In this document: positions 1-8,244 of the stretch, in pieces | How positions within the stretch are numbered: the stretch's first letter is position 1 | Layout: every line of letters starts with the position of its first letter | IMG/VR virus record: IMGVR_UViG_3300037602_000087 | Coordinates: 1-38,597 of that record | From: a virus | Taxonomy: Duplodnaviria; Caudoviricetes | Length of the DNA: 38,597 bases | Strand: one strand, 5' to 3' | The notes under the pieces: model-generated | Database searches by the model: none | Seen by the model: the letters and a program-made list of their open reading frames with translations, nothing else | What the model was told of the DNA's origin: nothing | Made by a program: the position numbers and the translations under genes

Positions 1-50
1 CAGATGCTCTTGCGCTCCCCGGCGAATATGCATAGAAGCCCCCTCACGGC

Positions 51-126
<76 letters not shown>

Positions 127-248
127 TTTCCCAATCACAAGTCACTGTGAAAAAACAATAATTTTGATTGAGTTTGCCGATGGCAGGTGAACACATTAAC
201 GTGCAATGCATGATGCGCACCAGTTTTTCCCGGTTTTCACCAGCGATT

Positions 249-266
249 GTGTGCAAATCGCGTGCA
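249..266 (+). promoter_or_regulatory. Putative integrase arm-type site pair (attL arm)
   Basis: GTGTGCAAATCGCGTGCA matches GTGTGCAATGCGCGTGCA at 38268-38285 (16/18); both lie inside the prophage near the cores. Confidence 0.6.
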
Positions 267-363
267 GGTTTACTCGGACGTTTCGACTTGCGGCCCCAGG
301 CAAATGAGTGACGATTCGACGCCATAGAGGCGTTGCTGTTGATAGCGTGCAGTGCACCAATCA

Positions 364-389
364 TGTTGAAGGCTAGATAGCCTTCAACA
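364..389. repeat. Perfect 12-bp inverted repeat
   Basis: TGTTGAAGGCTA-GA-TAGCCTTCAACA. Confidence 0.8.
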
Positions 390-662
390 GATGTCAGCGA
401 AGCGCAGATAGCGACCTTTGCAAAGTCGAGGCCGCCGAACCCCACCTACGTCGTGAGCCGTCCCATACCAGTCATTGCCGATGCGGTCATGCGCTGCGGC
501 ACAGCTCCACCGAACGGAAATTCGCTGCAGGTGCGAAATCTTCAGGATGTGGATTTCTCTCGGTGCGGAACAAAGCCGACGCCGAAAATGTTAGTGACTG
601 CCAATCTGCCAGAAAGTGCATGTAGAGCGGTTGTTGTTGCTTTGAAATTTGGTATGCATCTG

Positions 663-691
663 TTGACAGCAGCTGGTAGAGGCCACAATAT
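663..691 (+). promoter_or_regulatory. Putative sigma70 promoter for the MTase-nuclease operon
   Basis: TTGACA(663-668)-N17-CAATAT upstream of the MTase. Confidence 0.5.
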
Positions 692-755
692 TTAGCTCTT
701 CATAGGTTCTCTTGTACCAAATAGGTCTCGACTAGCAGGAGAACTTTGTTTACCA

Positions 756-1898
756 ATGCACCTTGAAAATACGTCGTCACCGCTGTGGTCGTTCGTCGAA
801 CAGCGCAGCAGTCAGGAGACACGGGAGCCTCGGAGCAGCGAAATGAACAAAGCAGTATGCGTTTCGGATATGGAAAGCGACTATTTGGGCTTTCTCAATG
901 CGCAAGTCGTGCCGACAAGAAAGCTTAGCCTTCGGTATGCATCTGTCTTTTGCGGAGGCGGTGGCCTAGATCTGGGCTTTGCGTTGGCCGGATTAACTCC
1001 GGCGTTCTCGAGCGATGTAGTCCCTCAATACTGTGACACCTTGGCCCAGAATCTTGGTGGCAAGCGTCATGTCGTTGAACCACACGATATCTCAAGCCTT
1101 TCTGGTTCACATGTTGAGGCTGTGACAAGAAGCAAAATCAACGTTGTGATCGGAGGCCCTCCTTGCCAGTCTTTCAGCATTCTGGGTTCGAGAGGTTCGA
1201 CAGAGGACCCAAGGGGCAAGTTGGTTTTTGACTATGCCCGCTTCATTCGTGAACTATCCCCCGAAGTTTTTCTCTTCGAAAACGTTCCCGGAATTATGAC
1301 ACTCAATCAGGGTCAGGACTGGCAGCAACTAGTCCAGTGCTTTGAAGCGGAGACTGGCTTTGACTTGCTAGTCAACAAGCTCAACGCAGCTGATTTTGGA
1401 GTGCCTCAGCTTCGCCAACGCGTACTATTGATTGGTTTCAAAGACAAAGCGGCGGCGCAGAAGTTCTCTTGGCCTGAACCGACTCACGGTCCAAATCAAG
1501 CAGCAGGATTACAGCCATATCGCACGGCACGTGAGGCTTTGTTGCGCGTCGCTGGTGTTCCAAACCATATATTAAGGAAGCACTCTCAGCGTGTCATGGA
1601 CCGGTATAGTATGGTGGAACCAGGCGGGCGAGACAGAAAAGACCACACTGACCGAATTCACCCAGATAGACCCTCCGGCACAGTTCTTGTCGGATCTGGA
1701 GCCGGCGGCGGTAGGCCATTTATTCATCCAACCGAGCATCGCCACATCACGGTCCGTGAAGCCGCACGCTTGCAATCTTTTCCGGATTGGTGGGTTTTTT
1801 CAGGCGGGCCTACAGCGGCGTATCGGCAGGTCGGGAATGCCGTACCTCCACTAATGGCGAAGGCCGTTGCTGCGGAGATTGTGAAAGCACTCGCCTAA
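756..1898 (+). CDS. C5 cytosine DNA methyltransferase (restriction-modification type); true start may be downstream (e.g. 842)
   Basis: Motif I FCGGGG, motif IV GGPPCQSFS, motif VI ENV, motif VIII QLRQRV, motifs IX-X REAARLQSFP..YRQVGNAVPP. Confidence 0.95.
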   Translation: MHLENTSSPLWSFVEQRSSQETREPRSSEMNKAVCVSDMESDYLGFLNAQVVPTRKLSLRYASVFCGGGGLDLGFALAGLTPAFSSDVVPQYCDTLAQNLGGKRHVVEPHDISSLSGSHVEAVTRSKINVVIGGPPCQSFSILGSRGSTEDPRGKLVFDYARFIRELSPEVFLFENVPGIMTLNQGQDWQQLVQCFEAETGFDLLVNKLNAADFGVPQLRQRVLLIGFKDKAAAQKFSWPEPTHGPNQAAGLQPYRTAREALLRVAGVPNHILRKHSQRVMDRYSMVEPGGRDRKDHTDRIHPDRPSGTVLVGSGAGGGRPFIHPTEHRHITVREAARLQSFPDWWVFSGGPTAAYRQVGNAVPPLMAKAVAAEIVKALA

Positions 1899-1899
1899 G

Positions 1900-3414
1900 A
1901 TGTTGATACGGCCGCTTCCACATCCCGGCTATACATGGAGCTTCTCGCAACATGCTGCCGGATTTGATGAGCGCACCATCCGGGGCATGCTCAGCTGCGC
2001 GTCTCCTTTTGAAGGGCAGACCGACGTCGGCCCCCGGATTACTGACCTAATGATCAAATCCGGGCTTCTGACGCCAAACGAGCGAGATGGAAAAGCAGAT
2101 GCATGGCGCGACTATCAACAAATTCTCTCTGAGCTGGGATTGATCGTCTCAACAAAATTGAGTCCTGAGCTTCATCTTACAAATGCCGCAAGAGCGTTCG
2201 TTGCAGGTGAAATCCAATTTCACCAACTAATGAGGATGCAGGTTTTCCGCTATCAATATCCCAACGGCCAAAAGCATGATCGTTCACCGAAAGTACGGAA
2301 AGCTCTTGCAGATCACGGGATGCGCGTGCCCGATAGCCTGATTGATTTGCACGTTCAATCAGGTGTCTTGATCAAACCTGGACTGCTCGTACTTCAGGTG
2401 TTGTTGGGGCTGCTTGAATTAGGGGAGCAGCCAGAAATTAATATCTATGAATGCAGGGCTTTTTTCATTCCCTGTAAAACAAATGCCGAAGTAGGATCGG
2501 CTGTCTCCGATGTCATGAATGCAAGGGCAACCGGTGTCGACCTTTCCAATATTCACGACGAAGTCTCGAAGAGAAACATACAAGATTGGTTCAAAATTTT
2601 GAACGCTACCGGCCTGTTCGATACAGACGGAAAGACATATATACGCCTTTCTGAGCACGCGGCGGAACAAGCTCACGACCTGCGGCTGATGTGTGCAAAC
2701 CAATCTGACCCCGGGACATTTTGGCTGCCAAATGGATCGACTCACGAAGAAAGGTTCACGTGGTTTAATCGTTTTGGCAGCTACGAAGACGTTTTCGAAA
2801 ACCTCCGCCTTTCAACATCCTCGGATCAAATTGATAATGTCGATCGTCCTTCGGAGGACGATATGGACGAGGTTGATTCAACCTCAACAACCGGCCCTGT
2901 TCGTTTGGTGGAATTTGACCGAGGACAGCTTTTTACCCGCGAAGCACCTGATCCCTCCGCAAGCATCGAGGATTTGGCACAGAGCGTGATTGACGGAGCA
3001 ATTAGGAGGCATGCAAAAACAGTACTGCATGACCAAATCGTGCTTAGGTATGCCGAAAGGTATTTGGCGCAAGGCGCGGAAGTGAAAGTTGATCCAAATT
3101 CGGTCGATCTGTTCGTAAAATGGGGTCCCGAAGAGACTGCAATCTTCGAGGTGAAGACGGTATCGCAGCGTTCATTATCTGCGCGCATGAGGCTGGCCGT
3201 AGGCCAAGTCAAAGAGTATGCATACCGACTTGAGGCCGATGTTGGCCACAAGCCAGAGCAGGCAATAATCATTGATCGGCGAGTAAAAGACGACAGCTGG
3301 CGGCGAGATTTTCTCAACGAATACATGAATATCGGCTTAATCTGCACGCTGCCGAGCGATGAGCAGATTTTTGCGCCAACGTCTTCTAAAACGGGAGAAA
3401 ATTGGGGGGGCTAG
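1900..3414 (+). CDS. Putative restriction endonuclease: N-terminal AlwI/type IIS-like recognition region, acidic linker, C-terminal PD-(D/E)XK domain
   Basis: Starts 1 nt after the MTase stop; C-terminal VDL..FEVK..RLAVGQVKEY nuclease signature; N-terminal RYQYPNG..IKP pattern recalled from AlwI-like proteins. Confidence 0.65.
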   Translation: MLIRPLPHPGYTWSFSQHAAGFDERTIRGMLSCASPFEGQTDVGPRITDLMIKSGLLTPNERDGKADAWRDYQQILSELGLIVSTKLSPELHLTNAARAFVAGEIQFHQLMRMQVFRYQYPNGQKHDRSPKVRKALADHGMRVPDSLIDLHVQSGVLIKPGLLVLQVLLGLLELGEQPEINIYECRAFFIPCKTNAEVGSAVSDVMNARATGVDLSNIHDEVSKRNIQDWFKILNATGLFDTDGKTYIRLSEHAAEQAHDLRLMCANQSDPGTFWLPNGSTHEERFTWFNRFGSYEDVFENLRLSTSSDQIDNVDRPSEDDMDEVDSTSTTGPVRLVEFDRGQLFTREAPDPSASIEDLAQSVIDGAIRRHAKTVLHDQIVLRYAERYLAQGAEVKVDPNSVDLFVKWGPEETAIFEVKTVSQRSLSARMRLAVGQVKEYAYRLEADVGHKPEQAIIIDRRVKDDSWRRDFLNEYMNIGLICTLPSDEQIFAPTSSKTGENWGG

Positions 3415-3623
3415 GCTAGCTTTCCCAATTTTCCTGACCGCAATACAGTCGCACGCGAGACATACAAAATGATTGTCTGCTTCGAGTGCTTTTCAGAAAG
3501 CTATCGCGCCCGCAACGAACTTCCGCTTCCCGCCCGACACGTCGGTCCTGCGTCACTCAAGCGGTCGAATGATCGGGTCCGCTTTGGGCTGAAAGCAGAA
3601 ACTCTACGGGCCTTTGTGTTCAC

Positions 3624-4676
3624 TTAGACCGCCCGAAAATCCGCGCGCCTTTCCTCTGGCTTTGGCAACTGGTCTCCCAACCGCGAAAAGTCCCAGCCAT
3701 AGACCTTGAGCCGGTCGCCAAGATCTGAGGGCGCAAGCTTGCGATAGCGCTCGGCTGTGCTGCTGGTACGCCAGCCACCAAGATCCAAGAGGCGACCGTA
3801 ATCGCGTGTGGAGGCATAGAACCACGTGGCCCATGTGTGCCGCAGAACGTGCGGGGTGACGTCTGCCCCCAGCCGGGCATTGTCTCGGGCCGTACAGAAG
3901 GCTTTCTTGATGTGCCCACCGCTGTTCTCACGCGCGACATAAGCCCGGCCTTTGTGGTTGCGCAGTAGGGCGCCAGATCGGGGCACCCCGTGCGACACGA
4001 TAAGATTCCGCGCACGCTCTGGCATTTGTACCATGCGGGCGTGGCCGTTCTTTGTCTCGGGCAGCCAGATTTCCCCGGTCGAGGCGTGCCAATAGCGCAC
4101 ATCTGCCGCGAGAGCTTCGGAGGTGCGGCAACCGGTCCCGATCATGAAGGTCAGGATCAACTTTAGGTGCCGTGGCGCCTGATCGCACAGTGCCTCGAAT
4201 TCCTCTGGGGTCAGCCACCGCGTCCGTGCGCCTTTGGCCTTGAGCCTGCGAAAGCGGCGGTGATCGGCTTTGCCATTGTCGGCCGCCATGTTGATGATGG
4301 CACTTACTGGCGTGATCACCTGCCGGTTCTTTGTTGCAGCGGATGCCTCTGGATAGAGTGTTTCCGCCAGCTGCAGCAAAAAATGGTTGTCGATCCTTGA
4401 AACCAGCTGATCCGGGCCGAGGTGCAGCAGGATCTTTTCCAGGAACCGGGTATCCCCGCCGGTCATCATGTAATCATGCGCGGCCTCGGCAAAAGTCAGC
4501 GTTGCCTTGCCGCCAAGCGCGTGACGCTCGAGGATTTGGTGTTCCTTGCGGATCGCCCATGCTTCGGCTTGCCTTTTGTTGCTAAGGCCAGTGCTTTCAT
4601 AAACCTTGTGTCCGGCGACGGTGCCTCGCGCATAGTACGGGCCGTTTTTTGTGCGCTTGGAGAGTTTGAGGGGCAT
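3624..4676 (-). CDS. int: Tyrosine recombinase / phage integrase
   Basis: GCRTSE (R), TKNG (K), HVLRHTWA (HxxR), LGGW (W in place of H), ERY (Y); N-terminal arm-binding-type region (YYARGT..YESTG). Confidence 0.95.
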   Translation of the reverse strand: MPLKLSKRTKNGPYYARGTVAGHKVYESTGLSNKRQAEAWAIRKEHQILERHALGGKATLTFAEAAHDYMMTGGDTRFLEKILLHLGPDQLVSRIDNHFLLQLAETLYPEASAATKNRQVITPVSAIINMAADNGKADHRRFRRLKAKGARTRWLTPEEFEALCDQAPRHLKLILTFMIGTGCRTSEALAADVRYWHASTGEIWLPETKNGHARMVQMPERARNLIVSHGVPRSGALLRNHKGRAYVARENSGGHIKKAFCTARDNARLGADVTPHVLRHTWATWFYASTRDYGRLLDLGGWRTSSTAERYRKLAPSDLGDRLKVYGWDFSRLGDQLPKPEERRADFRAV

Positions 4677-4885
4677 GTGATCTTATCCTCTAGAAAGGCC
4701 GCACGCAGATCCTCTTTGCGGTAGAGGATCCGCACTCGACCATGTGCGGCAACATATGGCAGTTTCCCCTGCGCTCTGAGATCATCCAGCTTTCGCCGTG
4801 ATGTGCGTACACCTAGCGTTGCCAGGTGTGCGACAGCTTCCGGAGTCGATAAGAGTTCAGCGGTTGGTGTTGGCTCCTGTGTCAT
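4496..4885 (-). CDS. Excisionase-like HTH protein with C-terminal tail overlapping int
   Basis: LLSTPEAVAHL..SRRKLDDLRAQGKLPY...RILY is a MerR/Xis-type HTH; lies directly upstream of int; ATG at 4885 is coupled to the upstream stop. Confidence 0.75.
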   Translation of the reverse strand: MTQEPTPTAELLSTPEAVAHLATLGVRTSRRKLDDLRAQGKLPYVAAHGRVRILYRKEDLRAAFLEDKITCPSNSPSAQKTARTMREAPSPDTRFMKALALATKGKPKHGRSARNTKSSSVTRLAARQR

Positions 4886-5016
4886 AGCAATCCTGTGTGC
4901 TTTCCAATGATCACGGCCGCGGCCACAAGAACGCAAAAGAGGCCTAGCCAATCGGTGACGATCAGCCCGATGCGGGCGATCTCGAGGCGCAGGTTTTTCG
5001 GCTCATTGTCTCTCAT
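4882..5016 (-). CDS. Small membrane protein, 44 aa (MRDNEPKNLRLEIARIGLIVTDWLGLFCVLVAAAVIIGKHTGLL); below the ORF-track cutoff
   Basis: Translated by hand; TGA overlaps the xis ATG (ATGA coupling); one hydrophobic segment. Confidence 0.55.
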   Translation of the reverse strand: MRDNEPKNLRLEIARIGLIVTDWLGLFCVLVAAAVIIGKHTGLL

Positions 5017-5052
5017 AGCGTGCCATGCCTATTTTTGTGTTCACTCGGCGTA

Positions 5053-5068
5053 GCACACAAAAAAGTGC
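5053..5068. promoter_or_regulatory. Putative repressor operator GCAC-N8-GTGC at the leftward (xis-int) promoter
   Basis: GCACACAAAAAAGTGC; lies just downstream of a minus-strand TTGTCA -35-like hexamer (5076-5071). Confidence 0.7.
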
Positions 5069-5180
5069 AGTGACAAGTAAAATAATCATTGCAAACAGAG
5101 ATTGGAGCGGTCTAACCGTATATCTGGTGGTTATGGGCCGCGCTGAAATGCGCGGAAGCTAGTTTTAGGAAATACGAATT

Positions 5181-5375
5181 ATGAACAGGTCCAGCATGGA
5201 AAAGGTCTGGCAAGAGTTAGAGGGACAGGACGAAGAAACACTGTCCCGGGTTGCGGATCGGCTGGAGGCTTTGGAGGCGGAGGCTAATGTGCCCCGCCGG
5301 TCTCTTCGCGGACAATCTCAACAGCGCGCTGCGTTAGGTGATCTGGCATCCGCTCCAGTGTTCGGTGAAGCCTGA
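5181..5375 (+). CDS. Small acidic helical protein, convergent with and overlapping the repressor 3' end
   Basis: AGGA upstream of ATG; amphipathic N-terminal half lies in otherwise non-coding space. Confidence 0.4.
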   Translation: MNRSSMEKVWQELEGQDEETLSRVADRLEALEAEANVPRRSLRGQSQQRAALGDLASAPVFGEA

Positions 5376-5631
5376 TTTTGGCCTCTGTGATCGCATCTGC
5401 TCTGTGAACTAGGCTTATCGGCACGCCCAACACATCGCATACACGCAGCATATTGGCATAAGACAGCGTTGTGCGCCCCGAGATGAATTGGCTAAGGCCG
5501 TTGCGTGACATGCCAGCTTGCCGAGAAACTTCCGAAAGGTTCATGTCTTTCAGGGCTGCAGCCATCCGGAGATTTTTTCTGGCAATGTCCACACGCGGAT
5601 CGGCCTTCGCGTCTTTATTTTCCATATTCAT
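5284..5631 (-). CDS. XRE-family HTH prophage repressor (CI-like, no S24 peptidase domain); start 5631 or 5625
   Basis: NLRMAAALKDMNLSEVSRQAGMSRNGLSQFISGRTTLSYANMLRVCDVLGV is an HTH_3 pattern; divergent from the Cro-like gene. Confidence 0.85.
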   Translation of the reverse strand: MNMENKDAKADPRVDIARKNLRMAAALKDMNLSEVSRQAGMSRNGLSQFISGRTTLSYANMLRVCDVLGVPISLVHRADAITEAKIRLHRTLERMPDHLTQRAVEIVREETGGAH

Positions 5632-5700
5632 ATCCAGTTGATGTGTTCGGTTTCTTGAATGGTGCCTGCGAGAATCGGGGCTTCGCAAGCGCCCAGCAAT

Positions 5701-5836
5701 GCACTCTTTTGTGTGCAAAGCAGTTAAGGCACTAGTTAGTGCAACACTTCAAGGATTTTCTCTTTATTCCGGGCAGGTGACACAAAATCGTGCGACGCAC
5801 CTATATTTATGCCTTGCAGTGCACATTTTCGTGTGC
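5701..5836. promoter_or_regulatory. Immunity switch region with operators at 5701-5716, 5778-5793, 5797-5812 and 5821-5836
   Basis: GCACTCTTTTGTGTGC, TGACACAAAATCGTGC, GCACCTATATTTATGC, GCACATTTTCGTGTGC between divergent HTH genes. Confidence 0.7.
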
Positions 5837-5895
5837 AATGCCAATGTTAATCAACATGTAGCGGTGTATCCGCCCGTTTATGACAGGAGCAGCAG

Positions 5896-6213
5896 ATGCA
5901 GGTAAGGAATACCAGACCCAATTCTACACAGATCGCGCCCGCGATTGTTCCCAGATCCGCAGAGTTTCGTGCATGGGTGCAGGATTGTCTCGGCCTATTG
6001 AATGTGTCGGCCAGGTCGCTGGCGGTATCGGTCGAGATGGGCCCCAACACGTTGCGCGCCTTCCTCAGTGATCAGACGCGCGGCATAAACATGGACACTG
6101 CGAACGTTTTAACTTGCAAGATCCATGAAACCGCGCACGAACAAGGCAAGGTTCTGCCGCGCTTGGGTGCCATCCGATACGCACGCGCAAACGGAGGGCA
6201 GAGCAATGACTGA
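5896..6213 (+). CDS. Cro-like HTH protein
   Basis: AGGAG RBS; VSARSLAVSVEMGPNTLRAFL is HTH-like; first gene of the rightward early operon. Confidence 0.7.
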   Translation: MQVRNTRPNSTQIAPAIVPRSAEFRAWVQDCLGLLNVSARSLAVSVEMGPNTLRAFLSDQTRGINMDTANVLTCKIHETAHEQGKVLPRLGAIRYARANGGQSND

Positions 6214-6427
6214 CTCAAGCAATCCGGGCCTCGTGGACCAGCTGCCGCGCAGTGACCGTAAACTGTTGGACATGATGGCGGTGGAGGCGAACACCTCGCC
6301 CGAGGCCATCATGCTGCAGATCACGCGGGCATATCTCGGCCTGATGCGGGCGGCGCCCGAAACACTGCCAAATGATCCCCTCCGCCGCAGTGCCCAATCG
6401 GCAGCCAATCGGAGGGCATGGCGTTGA
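6206..6427 (+). CDS. Hypothetical protein, possible ribbon-helix-helix DNA-binding protein
   Basis: GGAGG RBS, overlaps the cro stop; LPRSDRKLLDMMAVEANTSPEAIMLQI pattern. Confidence 0.55.
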   Translation: MTDSSNPGLVDQLPRSDRKLLDMMAVEANTSPEAIMLQITRAYLGLMRAAPETLPNDPLRRSAQSAANRRAWR

Positions 6428-6669
6428 ACGGATCACCTGACAATCACGGGTTTGCAATCTTCGCCTCCCTCCGCAAACCAGATGCCAACCCACGCGATCC
6501 ACGCTGCGCCCTCGCGCTGCAGCGTATCTGTGGAACCTGTGCCCATTATTGTGGGCAGCTGCGTGCGACGAAAGGGGATCCCGCCCGCGCGCGGTGTGGT
6601 CGCTTTGGAACCGAAAAAGCCCCACGCACCGATGCGACCCGGTGTCGGCAATGGATCCGGCGAGGTTGA
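6418..6669 (+). CDS. Cys-rich hypothetical protein (CxxCxH..C..C)
   Basis: GGAGG RBS, overlaps the previous gene; ICGTCAHY..ARC..TRC. Confidence 0.55.
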   Translation: MALNGSPDNHGFAIFASLRKPDANPRDPRCALALQRICGTCAHYCGQLRATKGDPARARCGRFGTEKAPRTDATRCRQWIRRG

Positions 6670-6670
6670 C

Positions 6671-7093
6671 ATGCAGGATCCGCTCGCTCCCTTGCGCGCC
6701 GAGGTCATGGCGCAACCGCCCGAAGAACGCATTGAATATGCTCTGGACCTGTTGCGGCATTATCTGGATCCGGTGCCGCCCTTCTATATTGGCGTCCACC
6801 GCATAGCGCCGAGCCTCCCACCTGCGGATGTGCGCGTGTTGCGGGCGCTCGATGCCAGGCGCGGGCAAATCGTGTCAATGCACAGCCTGATCGCTGCCCG
6901 TTCGCTGGATCTGGCCGTGGAGGATTGGGCACCACCGCAAAAGGTGGTGTCTTGCATTGCAAAGCTGCGCCGCGTTTTCAAAGAGCAACGCATGCCAATC
7001 CAGATCATTACGTTCACGGGGCTAGGCTATTGTCTGGAGGCACCCGACACCTTTCGATTTGAGGACGGGGTGGCGCCGCAGGTGTCGACATGA
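6671..7093 (+). CDS. Stand-alone OmpR/PhoB/CtrA-type winged-helix DNA-binding protein (no receiver domain)
   Basis: VLRALDARRGQIVSMHSL..KVVSCIAKLRRVF..IITFTGLGYCL resembles Trans_reg_C; GAGG RBS. Confidence 0.7.
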   Translation: MQDPLAPLRAEVMAQPPEERIEYALDLLRHYLDPVPPFYIGVHRIAPSLPPADVRVLRALDARRGQIVSMHSLIAARSLDLAVEDWAPPQKVVSCIAKLRRVFKEQRMPIQIITFTGLGYCLEAPDTFRFEDGVAPQVST

Positions 7094-8244
7094 GCCGGGA
7101 TGATGGCCGCCGCGATCTGGCAAAGTCCATTCCGATTATGGACGTGGCACACCGCCTCGGGATCTCTGGCCTAAGCCGGGCTGGGGTCGAGCATGTCGGC
7201 GCCTGTCCGGTGTGCGGCGATGGCGGCAAGCGCCACCCAGACCGATTTGCAATCAACCCGGCGCGCGGCGTCTTTATCTGCCGCCAATGCTCCAGCGGCG
7301 GCGACGGTCTGGCTCTGGTGCAGTTCGTTCTTGGCTGTGATTTCAAGGCTGCGCTGTCCTACCTGGCGGGCGAGGAAGATATGCAGCCAGATCCCGCCGA
7401 ATTGACCCGTCGACGCGCGGCGGCAGAGGCACAGGCACGCAAACAGGCGGAATTTGCCGCAAAATCGCGTGCCAGGGCGATCCGCGACGCCCGCGAAATC
7501 TGGCATGCGGCGCAGCCCGGCGCAGGCACCGCAGCCGAAGCATATCTGACCGGTCGCGGGATCCAGCTGCCCGAGTGGCCGCCCACGCTGCGGTTTTCGC
7601 CAGATCACCCTTACCGCAAGCATTTTGCGGGTCGTGGGGTGGTCGATTGGTTCCGCAGCCCGTGCATGATCGCCGCCATCCAAGACCCAAACGGCCGGGT
7701 TCTCGCGGTGCATCAGACGTTTCTGGATCCTGACCGGCCCGGGCAGAAACGCCGCGTGATCGCACCGGATGGCAGCGCACATGACGAAAAGGGCAAGCCG
7801 TGGCCTGCCAAGCTGGTGCGCGGATCCAAGAAAGGCGGCGCTATTCGCCTGACCCGGTTCAATAACAGGGGTCTGATGATCATGGGCGAGGGAATCGAAA
7901 CCACCCTTTCACCCCTAACGGCCGGGATCCGTCGCGATGCTGTCTATTGGGCCGGTGTGGACCTTGGAAACATGGGCGGCCGAATGGCCAAGCTGCCGGG
8001 GGTTCGCTCAAGCGGTCAACCCGATCTGGAAGATAGCGAGGCGTGGCTGCCGCCCGAAGGGATCAACCGGCTTGTGTTTCTACAGGATGGTGACAGCGAT
8101 CCCACATCTACCCGCGCAAAACTCCTGTCTGGTCTGCGCCGCGCCGCACACCATCGGCCTGGCCTCAAAGGCTGGATCGTAAAGGCCGAGGACGGGCGAG
8201 ATTTGAACGACATGCTGAGAAAGGCCCCCGAAGATGACGAATGA
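7090..8244 (+). CDS. DNA primase (N-terminal zinc finger plus Toprim)
   Basis: GACPVCG..FICRQC zinc finger; AEAYLTGRGI; MGEGIET..L and DGD Toprim motifs; DLND. Confidence 0.85.
   Translation: MSRDDGRRDLAKSIPIMDVAHRLGISGLSRAGVEHVGACPVCGDGGKRHPDRFAINPARGVFICRQCSSGGDGLALVQFVLGCDFKAALSYLAGEEDMQPDPAELTRRRAAAEAQARKQAEFAAKSRARAIRDAREIWHAAQPGAGTAAEAYLTGRGIQLPEWPPTLRFSPDHPYRKHFAGRGVVDWFRSPCMIAAIQDPNGRVLAVHQTFLDPDRPGQKRRVIAPDGSAHDEKGKPWPAKLVRGSKKGGAIRLTRFNNRGLMIMGEGIETTLSPLTAGIRRDAVYWAGVDLGNMGGRMAKLPGVRSSGQPDLEDSEAWLPPEGINRLVFLQDGDSDPTSTRAKLLSGLRRAAHHRPGLKGWIVKAEDGRDLNDMLRKAPEDDE

Noticed and set aside
5724-5742. CtrA box (TTAA..TTAG) or an additional operator GCAC-N6-GTGC
   Set aside because: Spacing is N8 rather than the N7 of CtrA boxes, and N6 rather than the N8 of the operators; not supportable
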